Under the pieces are notes generated by a model that did no database searches, had not been told where the DNA came from, and saw nothing but the letters and a program-made list of their open reading frames with translations. From positions 2,233-66,232 of the forward strand of contig JBAYWE010000002.1 of NCBI GenBank assembly GCA_041674185.1: a stretch of 64,000 nucleotides of DNA, given 5' to 3'. This stretch comes from Minisyncoccota bacterium (GTDB lineage: Bacteria; Patescibacteriota; Minisyncoccia; UBA6257; JAGOQP01). The position numbers were made by a program, and so were the translations under genes. This document shows positions 1 to 10,602 of the stretch, piece after piece. The first letter of the stretch is position 1, and every line of letters starts with the position of its first letter.

Positions 1-384
1 GTGGAATATTCTCGACTGCTGCCACCCGTAGGTGTACGAGCCGTGTCTCAGTCTCGTCGTTGGGGATCAGCCTCTCAGCTCCCCTACCGGTCATAGCCTT
101 GGTGGTCCGTTACACCACCAACTAGCTGATCGGGCCTAGGCCACTCTCAAAGCGTCTTACGACTTTTCCCTCTCGGGAGTATGGAGTATTACCCAATCTT
201 TCGACTGGCTATGCTCCACTTCGAGGTATGTACCAAGGTGTTACTAACTCGTTCGCCACTAACCAAAAATCTTCATTGACTTGATGTAATCGCATCTCTG
301 TTAAAACTTGGTTCGTTCGACTTGCATGCCTTATCCACGCCGCCAGCGTTCATCCTGAGCTAGGATCAAACTCTCAATATAGAT
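1..384 (-). rRNA. rrs: 16S rRNA, 5' portion (gene continues beyond window start)
   Basis: The reverse complement of 350-384 is AGAGTTTGATCCTAGCTCAGGATG (the 16S 5' end). The reverse complement of 1-40 contains ACACCTACGGGTGGCAGCAG (the 338-357 region) and GCATGCAAGTCGAACG. Confidence 0.9.
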
Positions 385-788
385 GTATAGCTCCATGGTA
401 GGGAGCGAAGTGCGAATGACCACAATAATAAATTATAATAGTCAGTCGATCTTCGCTGAACCGGAATCTATACATTTTTTCGGGACAACCGAAAAAATTC
501 TTAAACTTTTTTACACTTCACTTAAATTTCTCAAACAGATGATTACGCTATTAACTTGTAGGGTTCAGGATTGCGTTCGTGTACCTTCCAGCCAGTGGAG
601 ATAAGTATATATAAAGTTATCACAAAGTCAAGAGGAAAAAGTAATGAGTAATGAATGGCTAGAAATTACAAAATAACCCCTCAATACCAATATAACGAAA
701 GTTGACCTAAGTCATATATCGTGGTATATTAAGGTCAGTAAAGATTGTGTAATCTTTTAACAAATCCAATAATAATTCGGAGCGAGAA

Positions 789-1247
789 ATGAAAATCACA
801 GTTAATCTTAACAACGGTCCAAATTCTTTTGAATTCCATGACTACAAAGAAAATCTTTCTATTTCTAACAGTACATATGCATTTAAGAAAGAAGAAGAAA
901 AAAAAATGTATAGTAAAATATCAGAAGTTGAATTCTTCTTAAAAAACCAAATCCCCACAGGGATTCTTCAAAAGATAGATGAGCATTATCACGAAGATAA
1001 TAAAGAGTTGCAAATGATAATATCTTTGTTTTATTTTTCCAACGAACCTCACCAGTGGTCCGCAGAAATTAAAATATGTGCACCTGAGGGATGTAATTAT
1101 TTCTCAAAAACTGGAAATAACGAAAATTACTCCTTGGAACCACATGATATACAAGAAGAGTTGGAAAAAATTTCCAAGGAATTTGAATTTTTCTGCGAAG
1201 ACAAACTTCTTGATGAACAGTTCGGATATTTCACAAAAAAGTTATAA
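789..1247 (+). CDS. hypothetical protein
   Basis: 152-aa ORF with GGAG 7 nt upstream. A rho-independent hairpin (GGCAGCaacacGCTGCC followed by a T-run) lies at ~1270-1292. Confidence 0.5.
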   Translation: MKITVNLNNGPNSFEFHDYKENLSISNSTYAFKKEEEKKMYSKISEVEFFLKNQIPTGILQKIDEHYHEDNKELQMIISLFYFSNEPHQWSAEIKICAPEGCNYFSKTGNNENYSLEPHDIQEELEKISKEFEFFCEDKLLDEQFGYFTKKL

Positions 1248-1416
1248 GGTAAAAATGAAGAAATAATTAGGCAGCAACACGCTGCCTTTTTTATTTTTCA
1301 TTCCTACTCACCCTTAATATCTACTGTTTACACCTTAATACTCACCAAAACTTGCAAAATAGACTCAAATGATGTAGTTTAATCGTACACAAATTTAGTA
1401 TCTATATCTCAATATT

Positions 1417-1692
1417 ATGAAGAAAAATATCCACCCAGAATATCACTCCCAAGCAAAAGTTTCTTGCTCATGCGGAAATGTGTTTTATGTTGGCTCAACC
1501 AAAAAAGAAATGGCAATTGAAATCTGTTATGCCTGCCACCCTTTCTTTACGGGTAACGAAAAACTCATTGATACCGCAGGACGCGTAGAGAAATTTAAAG
1601 CAAAAGTAGAGAAAGCAGCGAAAACGACAACGAAAAGCAAGGCGACTAAAAAAGCAGAAAAAAAAGAGAAAAAAGTAGCAAAAAAGAAATAG
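1417..1692 (+). CDS. rpmE: 50S ribosomal protein L31 with Lys-rich C-terminal extension
   Basis: MKKNIHPEY...CSCGN...CHPFFTG motif is typical of L31. The tail is K/A-rich. Confidence 0.85.
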   Translation: MKKNIHPEYHSQAKVSCSCGNVFYVGSTKKEMAIEICYACHPFFTGNEKLIDTAGRVEKFKAKVEKAAKTTTKSKATKKAEKKEKKVAKKK

Positions 1693-1801
1693 CAAAAATT
1701 AGTAGAAAGTGATTAGTACCTAGCGTATAGTAGATTTTGATATACATCAAATCACTATCCCCCTACCAACTAATCACTTTTTTGTTTTAAAAAATAAAAC
1801 T

Positions 1802-2536
1802 ATGGAACAAAATGTAAACAAACTTATTATAGAGGTTCGTGCGGGTGCAGGAGGAGATGAAGCATCTATTTTTGCAGGAAATTTAGTGCATATGTATCAA
1901 CGCTATGCCATCAAAAAGGGGTGGCGCTTTACCGAACTTGATTCAAATCAAACAACACTTGATGGATACAAAAGCTTTATGGGACGCATCGAAGGGCAGG
2001 GAGTGTATACACTTCTCAAACAAGAATCAGGAGTGCATCGTGTACAAAGAATCCCCAAAACTGAAAAAGGAGGGCGTATTCATACCTCCACGGCATCAGT
2101 GGCAATTCTTCCAGTCGTTGATGAACGAGAAGTAGCTATTAATCCTTCAGATTTGGAAATCTCATTCTTCCGCGCTTCAGGACCCGGAGGACAAAACGTC
2201 AACAAAGTAGAAACAGCGGTACGCATTGTACACAAACCAACGGGCGTCGTCGTTGCGTCTCAAAGCGAGCGTTCACAAAACGCAAACAAAGAAAATGCCA
2301 TGGGTGTTTTACGTTCTCGTATTTTTGAAGCCATGCGTGAACAGCAAGTCGCTTCTATGAGCGCGCTGCGTAAAGAACAAATTGGATCCAACGAACGTTC
2401 AGAAAAAATCCGCACCTATAACTTTCCTGAAGATAGAATTACGGATCATCGATCAAACACAAAAGCGCATAATATTGAAAAAGTACTTGAGGGTGAACTT
2501 GATATCTTATTTGACAAAATGAACAAACAAAAATAG
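1802..2536 (+). CDS. prfA: peptide chain release factor 1-like, lacking N-terminal domain 1
   Basis: RAGAGGDEA, the PKT (PxT) tripeptide and the GGQ motif (SGPGGQNVNK) are present. An in-frame stop lies 27 codons upstream with no alternative start, so the protein is only 244 aa. Confidence 0.8.
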   Translation: MEQNVNKLIIEVRAGAGGDEASIFAGNLVHMYQRYAIKKGWRFTELDSNQTTLDGYKSFMGRIEGQGVYTLLKQESGVHRVQRIPKTEKGGRIHTSTASVAILPVVDEREVAINPSDLEISFFRASGPGGQNVNKVETAVRIVHKPTGVVVASQSERSQNANKENAMGVLRSRIFEAMREQQVASMSALRKEQIGSNERSEKIRTYNFPEDRITDHRSNTKAHNIEKVLEGELDILFDKMNKQK

Positions 2537-2552
2537 AAATAATATCCTTCAT

Positions 2553-2572
2553 AAAACCGCATACGCGGTTTT
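2553..2572 (+). terminator. rho-independent terminator after prfA
   Basis: AAAACCGCatacGCGGTTTT hairpin followed by a T-rich tract. Confidence 0.6.
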
Positions 2573-2847
2573 ATGATTGCGTGATGTTATGCATAAAGTC
2601 GTAAAATATTCTTATAAGATAGAATATTCTCACTATGAATAACTTTCCATATTTTTTCGCGATCGCGAAAAAATATGGAAACACATCAAAAGGAAAAAAA
2701 GACAAGAAAACAATATTCAAAATAAATTATATCCCTGCAAGAGATATACCCAAGATATAGAAATTGGATATTAACTTTAAACTAAAGACCTCGACATTTT
2801 TTCATTCGGAAAAAATCGGAGGTCCGACTAACCATCAGAATTAGAAC

Positions 2848-3999
2848 TTATACCTTACTCCCCCATCCCAATCTTATAATTTCTTGAGCTAAAACAAGTG
2901 CGGCATCAGGAGTTGCAAATGCATGCGCGGCCGTAGACATATGATGATATGAGGAAACATCGGTACTAATTTTTTTAAGCTGTGTGAGAAAAAGAACCGG
3001 CGTAAGATTATCTTCTTCAATAATAATACAAGCTCCTTTTTGTGAATATTCAAGTGCATCGTACCACTGGTGGTTATTTGCGGATTCTTTTAATGGAATA
3101 ACAATAGATGGTTTTGCGAATGTTGCAATTTCAAAAAGAAAACTTCCCGAGCGAGACACAATAATATCAGCAGCGATAAACGCGTCCTTAAGATTATCTC
3201 TAAAAAAATCTACCACTTTATATCGTTCTTGATAGGGATGTATTTGATTCTTAAATATAAGATTTAATTCTCGTGACACATCTGAGAAATTTTTCATACC
3301 TGTCTGATGTAACACTTGATAGTGAGGAACCAACTCCGTAGCCGTATCCAATAAGAACGTATTTAATCGCTGTGAACCCTGAGACCCCCCCATAACAAGG
3401 ATAAGAGGTACCTGTGGGTCAAATCCAAATATACGCTTTGCTTGTTCTTGAGTTACATCACTCGGTGTCAGAAGAAACGGACGGACAGGATTGCCCACCA
3501 GAGCTCCTTTATTTCCCTTCACAAACGTAAGTGCGCGTTCGAAGGCAACTCCGACACGAGATGCAAATGGAAAAGAAAGACGATTTGTAAGTCCCGGAAC
3601 AGCATCAGACTCATGAACTATGATCGGAATACGATATATCCACGCAGCAAGAATAACGGGAAGCGCCCCCGTCCCCCCTTTTGAAAACAGAACATCGGGC
3701 ATTATAAATAATAATTTCAATAACGCCTGGAGAAATGAAAACGGAAATTTTATTGCATCAAGTATATTCAGAAACGATGCGTATCGACGCAGCTTACTAC
3801 CCATAATATGACGAATGGTAATTTTCCGTTTCACAAATTCATCACTATACATACCTGGATCTCCAAAGTATGAATAAGAAACACGAACATCGGGATATCG
3901 ACGCATCCCCTTTGTAATTTCATCCGCAACAGCTAGAAGTGGATAAATATGTCCTCCTGTACCCCCTCCTGTATATGCGATTCTGATATGTTTTTGCAT
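2848..3999 (-). CDS. murG: UDP-N-acetylglucosamine--N-acetylmuramyl-(pentapeptide) pyrophosphoryl-undecaprenol GlcNAc transferase
   Basis: N-terminal GGTGGH motif. Size and dcw-cluster context fit MurG. Confidence 0.85.
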   Translation of the reverse strand: MQKHIRIAYTGGGTGGHIYPLLAVADEITKGMRRYPDVRVSYSYFGDPGMYSDEFVKRKITIRHIMGSKLRRYASFLNILDAIKFPFSFLQALLKLLFIMPDVLFSKGGTGALPVILAAWIYRIPIIVHESDAVPGLTNRLSFPFASRVGVAFERALTFVKGNKGALVGNPVRPFLLTPSDVTQEQAKRIFGFDPQVPLILVMGGSQGSQRLNTFLLDTATELVPHYQVLHQTGMKNFSDVSRELNLIFKNQIHPYQERYKVVDFFRDNLKDAFIAADIIVSRSGSFLFEIATFAKPSIVIPLKESANNHQWYDALEYSQKGACIIIEEDNLTPVLFLTQLKKISTDVSSYHHMSTAAHAFATPDAALVLAQEIIRLGWGSKV

Positions 4000-4047
4000 A
4001 AAAAATAAAAGTATTAAGAAATGAGTACTATATAATAAGAAATATAT

Positions 4048-5214
4048 TTAGACAGATTTCGAATGAGTAGTGTGTCTTGATATGTTAGCAATGATACCCA
4101 TCATCGTCAAAGAAACTGCAAGGGCTGTTCCTCCATAACTAATAAATGGAAGAGGGACTCCCGTAAAGGGCAGAATGCCCGAATTCGCAGCAATATGAAT
4201 AAATGTTTGAATCATGATGATTGAGGAAAATCCAAGTACGACTAATTTTGCAAAATCATCATGCATGTGAAGCATGATATCAGATGAACGCCAGAAAAAT
4301 ATAAGATAGAGTCCGATTACCACTAACGACCCAATAAAACCAAATTCTTCAGCTATAACAGAAAAAATAGAATCACCCATCGGTTCAGGAAGAACACTAT
4401 ATTTACTCGTTGATTTTCCAAACCCCACACCAGAGATCCCCCCCGTACCAATAGCTATACGTGACTGATCCACATGAAAAGAATCAGCAGAAGCACCCTG
4501 CAAGGAAAGAGATGGGGCGACCTGATCAGTAATTGCATTCAAAAAGGGAGCAACACGATGAAGACGATAGGGAGTAAAAATCGCCAAAAGTAATACAACA
4601 CTCAGAGCAAGACCCGCTGTCAGTGCAATATGTTTAAATGAGGCCCCGCTAAAGAAAAAAATAACCGCTCCTGCTCCAATAATAATGACAGCCATAGTAG
4701 TTGCGGGTTGAATAAAAATAAGCACACTCACCACACAGGATACAAACAAAAATAAACCATATGATGTCCACGATTGCTTTAATCGTTTCACCGAAATACT
4801 AGAGAAAAGAGATGCTAAATAAAGGATAAAAGTGATTTTGAGAAGCTCTGAGGGCTGAAAAGAGAAAGGACCTAAGTTTATCCATCGATAAGATCCTTTC
4901 GCAGCAAATCCAAAAGGAGTAAAAACTAATATCATTAAAATAATATTGAGAAGAAGCAGTAGAGGCGCAAATTTTTTCCATTTACGATAATACATAAAAT
5001 ACCCAAGACAGAAACCAATGAGTCCGGGAAGCAATCCTTTTAAAAACTGACTCGAAAGAAAAAAGAAACTATCATTATATTTAATCTTCGCAATATCAGA
5101 AGAAGCAGAAGCAAGAAATAAAAAACCAGCTAACACTAAAAATAAAATGACTCCGAGTAAGACATAATCAGCACGATGTCCAGCAAAAATAAATTTGTTC
5201 TTCAAAAATCTCAT
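4048..5214 (-). CDS. ftsW: SEDS-family cell division protein FtsW/RodA
   Basis: Polytopic membrane protein. C-terminal PFISYGGTA and related motifs match FtsW/RodA. Confidence 0.85.
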   Translation of the reverse strand: MRFLKNKFIFAGHRADYVLLGVILFLVLAGFLFLASASSDIAKIKYNDSFFFLSSQFLKGLLPGLIGFCLGYFMYYRKWKKFAPLLLLLNIILMILVFTPFGFAAKGSYRWINLGPFSFQPSELLKITFILYLASLFSSISVKRLKQSWTSYGLFLFVSCVVSVLIFIQPATTMAVIIIGAGAVIFFFSGASFKHIALTAGLALSVVLLLAIFTPYRLHRVAPFLNAITDQVAPSLSLQGASADSFHVDQSRIAIGTGGISGVGFGKSTSKYSVLPEPMGDSIFSVIAEEFGFIGSLVVIGLYLIFFWRSSDIMLHMHDDFAKLVVLGFSSIIMIQTFIHIAANSGILPFTGVPLPFISYGGTALAVSLTMMGIIANISRHTTHSKSV

Positions 5215-5238
5215 AGATAGATATCAAGACACATTATG

Positions 5239-6756
5239 TTATAAACGAGTATTTCTGAGAATCTGACCATACGCTGTTTGAGGACGTGCCGTAACAACTC
5301 CATCTTCCAAAACTCTCTGTCCATTTACCCACACCTGCAAAGGAACAAAATCATGAGACAATAAAACCATATCAGCATACGATCCTCCTTGCAGACGTCC
5401 CCGCTTTGAAAGTCCCATAACCCGAGCGGGAATACCCGTGAGTCGCGCAATTGCAGATTCAATAGAAAGAGACGCATGAGATGCTTTTTCTAAGAAGAGG
5501 GAGAATGTATGTTTCGCACGATCGGGATAAAATTTTGCAGATGTATCAATACTCGGACTATTACTTGCAATAAGAGCGCGATCAGACAAAAGAGCTGTAT
5601 CAATATACGACTGATTTAGATTTTCATAAAAAAGGAATCCGCGCGCATGCGTTGCTTGTAGTAATGAAATAACAGCTTGAGGAACAGTTACTTGTCTATT
5701 TTGTGCAAAATCATACACCGACATACCGTTCACAAACTCAATACCTGGCGCATGAACAATAGTAGCATGGCGTGCATCAATTTTAGGAAATGATTTAATT
5801 AATAAACGAACCACTGCTGGATCGTGGAGAGCATCTATGAGTTTACGACGATCCCATCCACGCATGTCATGCAACAAGAATGAATCAAGAGGAACAACAC
5901 TATATGAAAATGGATTTGTAGAAAAATGAACATCAGCAACCTTTCCTTTTTCACCAATAAAAGCAAGAGATTTTTCAAATTCAGATTCAAATCCAATAAA
6001 AGGACGTAAATGATTAATAAGTACACGAGCAGATACATCTTGTGCAAGACGAACAGCCTCTTGTACACTGGCAAGTAATCCAGCCTTTTCATCACGTACA
6101 TGGGTTGCATATAATCCTTTATAACGAGCGACTACCTCAACTAAGGCACGGAGTTCATGATACGTTGTTCCTTGATAGGGGTAATAACCAAGTCCTGTCG
6201 AAAATCCAAACGCTCCCTGTGCAAGAGAATCAGAGAGAATAGATCGAAACACGCGCAATTCATTCATCGTAAGAGCACGCCACACACGAGGATCTTTTAA
6301 TAAATCTTCTCGAATAACTTTATGCCCCACTAATGTTCCTATATTTACCCCAAATGAAAAAGATTGTGAAAATGAGTCGAGAAGTTCCTGCACCGTACGC
6401 CAATTACTGTTAATAGTGCTTGTCGGAGCCCAATCAGTAAAATGCTGTAAGGGACCATAGAGAGACGGTGCTAAAGAAAATCCACATTGTCCAATAAGAA
6501 TCGTAGTAACTCCCTGGGTAATAAAATTAGCGTGGAGCGGAGAAGAAAATAAAGTTAAATATCTATCCGATGAAGCATTAATATCAATGAATCCAGGACA
6601 AAGATATGCTTCGTTGCCATATATAATTTTATCCGCTTTATAGTTAGGGAAATTTCCTACCGCAATAATCATGGCATCACGAATTAATACATCGCCCTTA
6701 AAAGGAGGAATTCCTGTTCCATCAACAACTTGCACATTTTTAATCAACGTTGTCAT
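5239..6756 (-). CDS. amidohydrolase-family protein (D-aminoacylase-like)
   Basis: Resembles N-acyl-D-amino-acid deacylase / amidohydrolase_3 proteins. The likely start is MTTLIKN; the ORF extends to 6840. Confidence 0.6.
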   Translation of the reverse strand: MTTLIKNVQVVDGTGIPPFKGDVLIRDAMIIAVGNFPNYKADKIIYGNEAYLCPGFIDINASSDRYLTLFSSPLHANFITQGVTTILIGQCGFSLAPSLYGPLQHFTDWAPTSTINSNWRTVQELLDSFSQSFSFGVNIGTLVGHKVIREDLLKDPRVWRALTMNELRVFRSILSDSLAQGAFGFSTGLGYYPYQGTTYHELRALVEVVARYKGLYATHVRDEKAGLLASVQEAVRLAQDVSARVLINHLRPFIGFESEFEKSLAFIGEKGKVADVHFSTNPFSYSVVPLDSFLLHDMRGWDRRKLIDALHDPAVVRLLIKSFPKIDARHATIVHAPGIEFVNGMSVYDFAQNRQVTVPQAVISLLQATHARGFLFYENLNQSYIDTALLSDRALIASNSPSIDTSAKFYPDRAKHTFSLFLEKASHASLSIESAIARLTGIPARVMGLSKRGRLQGGSYADMVLLSHDFVPLQVWVNGQRVLEDGVVTARPQTAYGQILRNTRL

Positions 6757-6909
6757 AGTATATGTATTATAGTATACACTATTTGAGAAGGGTAATATAG
6801 AAAAGAAAACACGATACACCAATAGATAAGAGCTTATCAAAAAAGACCGTCTCTATTGTTCTTAATATGATGTATTTTATACTAAGGATAAAGAATATTC
6901 TAAATTCTT

Positions 6910-7956
6910 TTAGACAAACATACGTGAGAGAAAAAAGATAACCAAACCAAGTCCATTAGAGACCGCAGATATAATCCAAAATCGCATCGTCACCCGTGAC
7001 TCATGCCATCCCAATGCTTCAAAATGATGGTGAATCGGTGTAGACAAAAATATTTTTCGCTTAAAAACTTTTTTAGAGAACAACTGTACTATAACAGACA
7101 GTGATTCGAGTACCAGAATAGGAGCAAAAAACGGGAGGAGTAATGCGGTATTCGTAAGAAGAGCAATAATACCCATAGTAATTCCTAAAGCCATGGATCC
7201 CGTATCTCCCATGAAAAATCGTGCAGGATAAATATTAAACCACAAAAATGCAAGTAACGCCCCAACGATCATGGCAGTGAAAACAGCTAAATCAAATCTC
7301 CCCATAACAAAAGCGACTACAGTCAATGATGCAAATGAAAAGAGAGAGACGCCACCTAATAATCCATCGAGTCCATCAGTTTCATTCGCAGAAAAAGCAG
7401 AAGCAACGATAATAAAAAGAAAAATAGGAATATACCATCCATTTATTTGAAAGAATCCCGCGAATGGAATATATAACGTCGTCCATCCTAATTTGACAAA
7501 AAACCAATATGCCCCAATAAGTCCAATAATAAAATACACTGCTATTTTATGCTTCATAGATATTCCCCCGCCCTTGGGTCCAATACGCAAAATACCTAAA
7601 ATATCATCTAACAGTCCCAGGAGTGCGGCAATTAACATGGCGGCTATAGGAAGATATGTTTCTGCTCTATTGATAATATTAAAATATCCCCATGTATCTC
7701 CAAAAAAATAATTAATAAGGAAAAAAATAAGTGCGAGCGCAAGTACCGAAATCCAAATAATAATCCCTCCCATCGTAGGAGTCCCCTCTTTCCCTTTATG
7801 AAGACTTGAAAATATAGGAGCATCGACAGCAGATCGAATCTGTTTTCCAGCTTTATATTTAAAAAGTAACTTGGTTACCAATGGAGTAATGAGTAATGCA
7901 ATAACGAATGTGATACCCGTCAAAAGTAATAAACGAATCGCCTGAAATTGAAGCAT
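6910..7956 (-). CDS. mraY: phospho-N-acetylmuramoyl-pentapeptide transferase
   Basis: NETDGLDGL, FMGDTGS and HHHFE motifs. Confidence 0.9.
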   Translation of the reverse strand: MLQFQAIRLLLLTGITFVIALLITPLVTKLLFKYKAGKQIRSAVDAPIFSSLHKGKEGTPTMGGIIIWISVLALALIFFLINYFFGDTWGYFNIINRAETYLPIAAMLIAALLGLLDDILGILRIGPKGGGISMKHKIAVYFIIGLIGAYWFFVKLGWTTLYIPFAGFFQINGWYIPIFLFIIVASAFSANETDGLDGLLGGVSLFSFASLTVVAFVMGRFDLAVFTAMIVGALLAFLWFNIYPARFFMGDTGSMALGITMGIIALLTNTALLLPFFAPILVLESLSVIVQLFSKKVFKRKIFLSTPIHHHFEALGWHESRVTMRFWIISAVSNGLGLVIFFLSRMFV

Positions 7957-8033
7957 AAAAAAATAATTAAATAGTATATATATAATACCACGAGCTCATC
8001 TTTTTCTGCAATAACAAAAATAAAAAACAAAAC

Positions 8034-9047
8034 CTATTGTTTCATTTTTTGTGCACATAAAAGCAATCTACTTAAATCTGCAAAACGATCATCACTCCCC
8101 AAAACTTCAACCGCCCATACACTTGAATTTTCATGAAACAAGGCGACTAAATTTCCCCCCGACTCATTAATAAAACCCGTCTTCCCTCCAATAAAATTTT
8201 TTGTTCCGGCAAAATAATTAACATTCAATAAACGAATCGTACGTTGGCGAGTCTGATTCATAATCGGTACTATTTTTTCTCTCGTAATAGCAAGGAGGGT
8301 TGGTTGTGTTTGATATATATACGCAAGCAGAAGAGCTAAATCGGACACAGTAGATTGATTGAGATATGAAAGACCCGATGGTTCTGTAAAAATAGTTTGA
8401 CGCATACCTATCTCTTTTGCTTTCTCATTCATACGAGTAACAAAAGTATCAAATCCAAATGATTCTGCGAGTGCATACGTAGCATCATTACTCGAAACAA
8501 CCAAAGCGGCACGAATAAGATCTTGTACGGTATATGAGGCACCAACCTCAAGAGAGGCATACCCCTCCGCGAGAGCATGGGCATTTTCACTCACCGTAAT
8601 AACTGCCTCAGATTGCATAGACTCCATAGCAACAAGAGTAGTCATTAATTTACTCACCGAAGCAATAGGCCTACTCCCTGTTTCATTTTTTGAAACAATA
8701 ATTTTTCCATGGGTTATATCTTTTACCAGATACGCCGCTACCGATAACGAACAAGAAGAGGCTATAGATCCCACAGAAGGTTTTTCGACAACCGAAGTTT
8801 CTCCTTGAGGAGAGGGTTCTTGTAATGGAACATCAACGGGTAATTCCCGAAAAGAAGCAGTTTGAAATTTATTTTTTTGAGCTAATGACGGCACCGTATA
8901 GGTCCCCAAACGAGTAATTGATTCAGGAAGAGGAGGGGTGGATAAAACAGAACGCTCCTCTGCAACCAAGGCGTGTAACATAAGCGTCGAAAATAATATC
9001 GCAATAACAAGAATGAGAGCCTGGTATTTCATGAATAAGGAATACAA
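8034..9047 (-). CDS. D-alanyl-D-alanine carboxypeptidase (serine-type, PBP5/6 family)
   Basis: Signal peptide; SVSK (SxxK) active-site motif; size fits DacA-like low-MW PBPs. Confidence 0.75.
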   Translation of the reverse strand: MYSLFMKYQALILVIAILFSTLMLHALVAEERSVLSTPPLPESITRLGTYTVPSLAQKNKFQTASFRELPVDVPLQEPSPQGETSVVEKPSVGSIASSCSLSVAAYLVKDITHGKIIVSKNETGSRPIASVSKLMTTLVAMESMQSEAVITVSENAHALAEGYASLEVGASYTVQDLIRAALVVSSNDATYALAESFGFDTFVTRMNEKAKEIGMRQTIFTEPSGLSYLNQSTVSDLALLLAYIYQTQPTLLAITREKIVPIMNQTRQRTIRLLNVNYFAGTKNFIGGKTGFINESGGNLVALFHENSSVWAVEVLGSDDRFADLSRLLLCAQKMKQ

Positions 9048-9056
9048 AAATTATGA

Positions 9057-9692
9057 TTATATACAAGATGTATCAAGATGATCGTCTACTTTTTTTTCAG
9101 AATCAATCGTCACAGGAATAGATGCCGTCTCGTCTGATTCAAAAAAATTCTTCCGTGTTTCCTGATACTGTCCATACTGAGGTAAATCTTCAAGACGCGC
9201 AAGTCCAAGATGAGTGAGAAAATCAGTTGTGACTTCATACAAATACGTATTTCCCTTACTCGTACGTTCCACAAGTCCACGCACCAACAAATTACGCAAC
9301 ATAAAACTAGAATTAACTCCACGAATATAATCAATCTGCGCACGAGTAATAGGACCAAAATATGCCACCAACGATAACGTCTCCACCGCAGAAGGAGTAA
9401 GTTCTTCTTTTAAACTATCCTTTACAAATGATTCAAGAAACGGAGCGAATTGCGGTTTAGTAATAAGCATATAGGCATCCCCTTTTTCCAAGAGAAGTAA
9501 TCCCCTCTGTGAATCCATAAGTGTTTCTTGAAATGCACGAATAATTTCACTCACCTGCTCAGAAGAAACCTGTAATAATCGCATAATCATATCTCGCGAA
9601 ACAGGTTCTCCATATAAGAAAAGTATCGCTTCAAGAGCAGCTATGTGAGACGATGCCGACGATGTGGTTTGTGTATTGATTTCATTATCCAT
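9057..9692 (-). CDS. scpB: segregation and condensation protein B
   Basis: ScpB-like winged-helix sequence (IAALEAILFLYGEPVS...) adjacent to scpA. Confidence 0.8.
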   Translation of the reverse strand: MDNEINTQTTSSASSHIAALEAILFLYGEPVSRDMIMRLLQVSSEQVSEIIRAFQETLMDSQRGLLLLEKGDAYMLITKPQFAPFLESFVKDSLKEELTPSAVETLSLVAYFGPITRAQIDYIRGVNSSFMLRNLLVRGLVERTSKGNTYLYEVTTDFLTHLGLARLEDLPQYGQYQETRKNFFESDETASIPVTIDSEKKVDDHLDTSCI

Positions 9693-9718
9693 ATTATAAA
9701 TTCAAAAATAATTATTAT

Positions 9719-10450
9719 TTACTGCTCAGTAATTTTTTCCATACTAATCTCTCCAAATAATCCTTCTTGTTTTACCCGAATTGTTTGATCTCTCAATAAA
9801 TGCAATAACGCTAAAAATAAAACAATCAATTCTCCCTTTGGACTCGCCGAAGTTACCTGAGAAAAATGAGATATACCATGTGCAATCTTACTTGAAAGTT
9901 CACTAATTTTCTCTTCCAAGTTAATAAGTTGTTTCTCTATATGCTCAGTCTCAACTACAAGAGATCCAAGAGATTGTAATAAATTACCCAGAGCAGTTTC
10001 GAGATGAGACACCGCAAGAGTTGTGGGTGGATAAAAAATCGGAGGCAAGTCCTTCATAAATTCACGAGAGAAAGAAGGAGATGCGGTTTGCCACGATGTG
10101 CGCAAAAGTAAAAAGAGTGGTTTTAAAGCGCTATACATTTTGAGACGTCGCTCTAAATCAACGATATCTTCTTGTTCGTCTGGGGTAAAAGAAATATCGG
10201 GTAAAAGTTCTTTTGATTTAATTAAGACTAAGTGAGAAGCAACAATAAGAAAATCAGATAAAATACGAGGAGAAAGACCCTCCTCTTCTCCAGAAGACGG
10301 TATTTGATTCCGTAATATTTCTATATATGAGAGAAAATCGTTGGTAACTTCTGCTAAACTAATAGTCGTAATATCAAGCTTTTTTGCCTCAATAAGTTCT
10401 AATAGTTTTTCTAGAGGGCCAGAAAATTGCTGTGTTTGCACCTGATACAT
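9719..10450 (-). CDS. scpA: segregation and condensation protein A
   Basis: ScpA-like N-terminus (PLEKLLELIEAKKLDITTISLAEVTNDFL). Confidence 0.8.
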   Translation of the reverse strand: MYQVQTQQFSGPLEKLLELIEAKKLDITTISLAEVTNDFLSYIEILRNQIPSSGEEEGLSPRILSDFLIVASHLVLIKSKELLPDISFTPDEQEDIVDLERRLKMYSALKPLFLLLRTSWQTASPSFSREFMKDLPPIFYPPTTLAVSHLETALGNLLQSLGSLVVETEHIEKQLINLEEKISELSSKIAHGISHFSQVTSASPKGELIVLFLALLHLLRDQTIRVKQEGLFGEISMEKITEQ

Positions 10451-10602
10451 AGAAGTAGTATAGAGGAAAAAAGACGAAGGGTAAAGAAGAAAAAAGACGT
10501 AAATAGTAGGTAATAGAAAAAAGAAAGGTATTGGTAAAAATTTAAATATAAGATATAATCAAAAAATAAGGAGAGGCTTACAAGCCATAAACATCATTTT
10601 TT

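Noticed and set aside
383-604. 73-aa ORF at the 16S 5' end
   Set aside because: Overlaps the 16S rRNA 5' terminus and leader on the opposite strand. No motif; an rRNA-antisense artefact.
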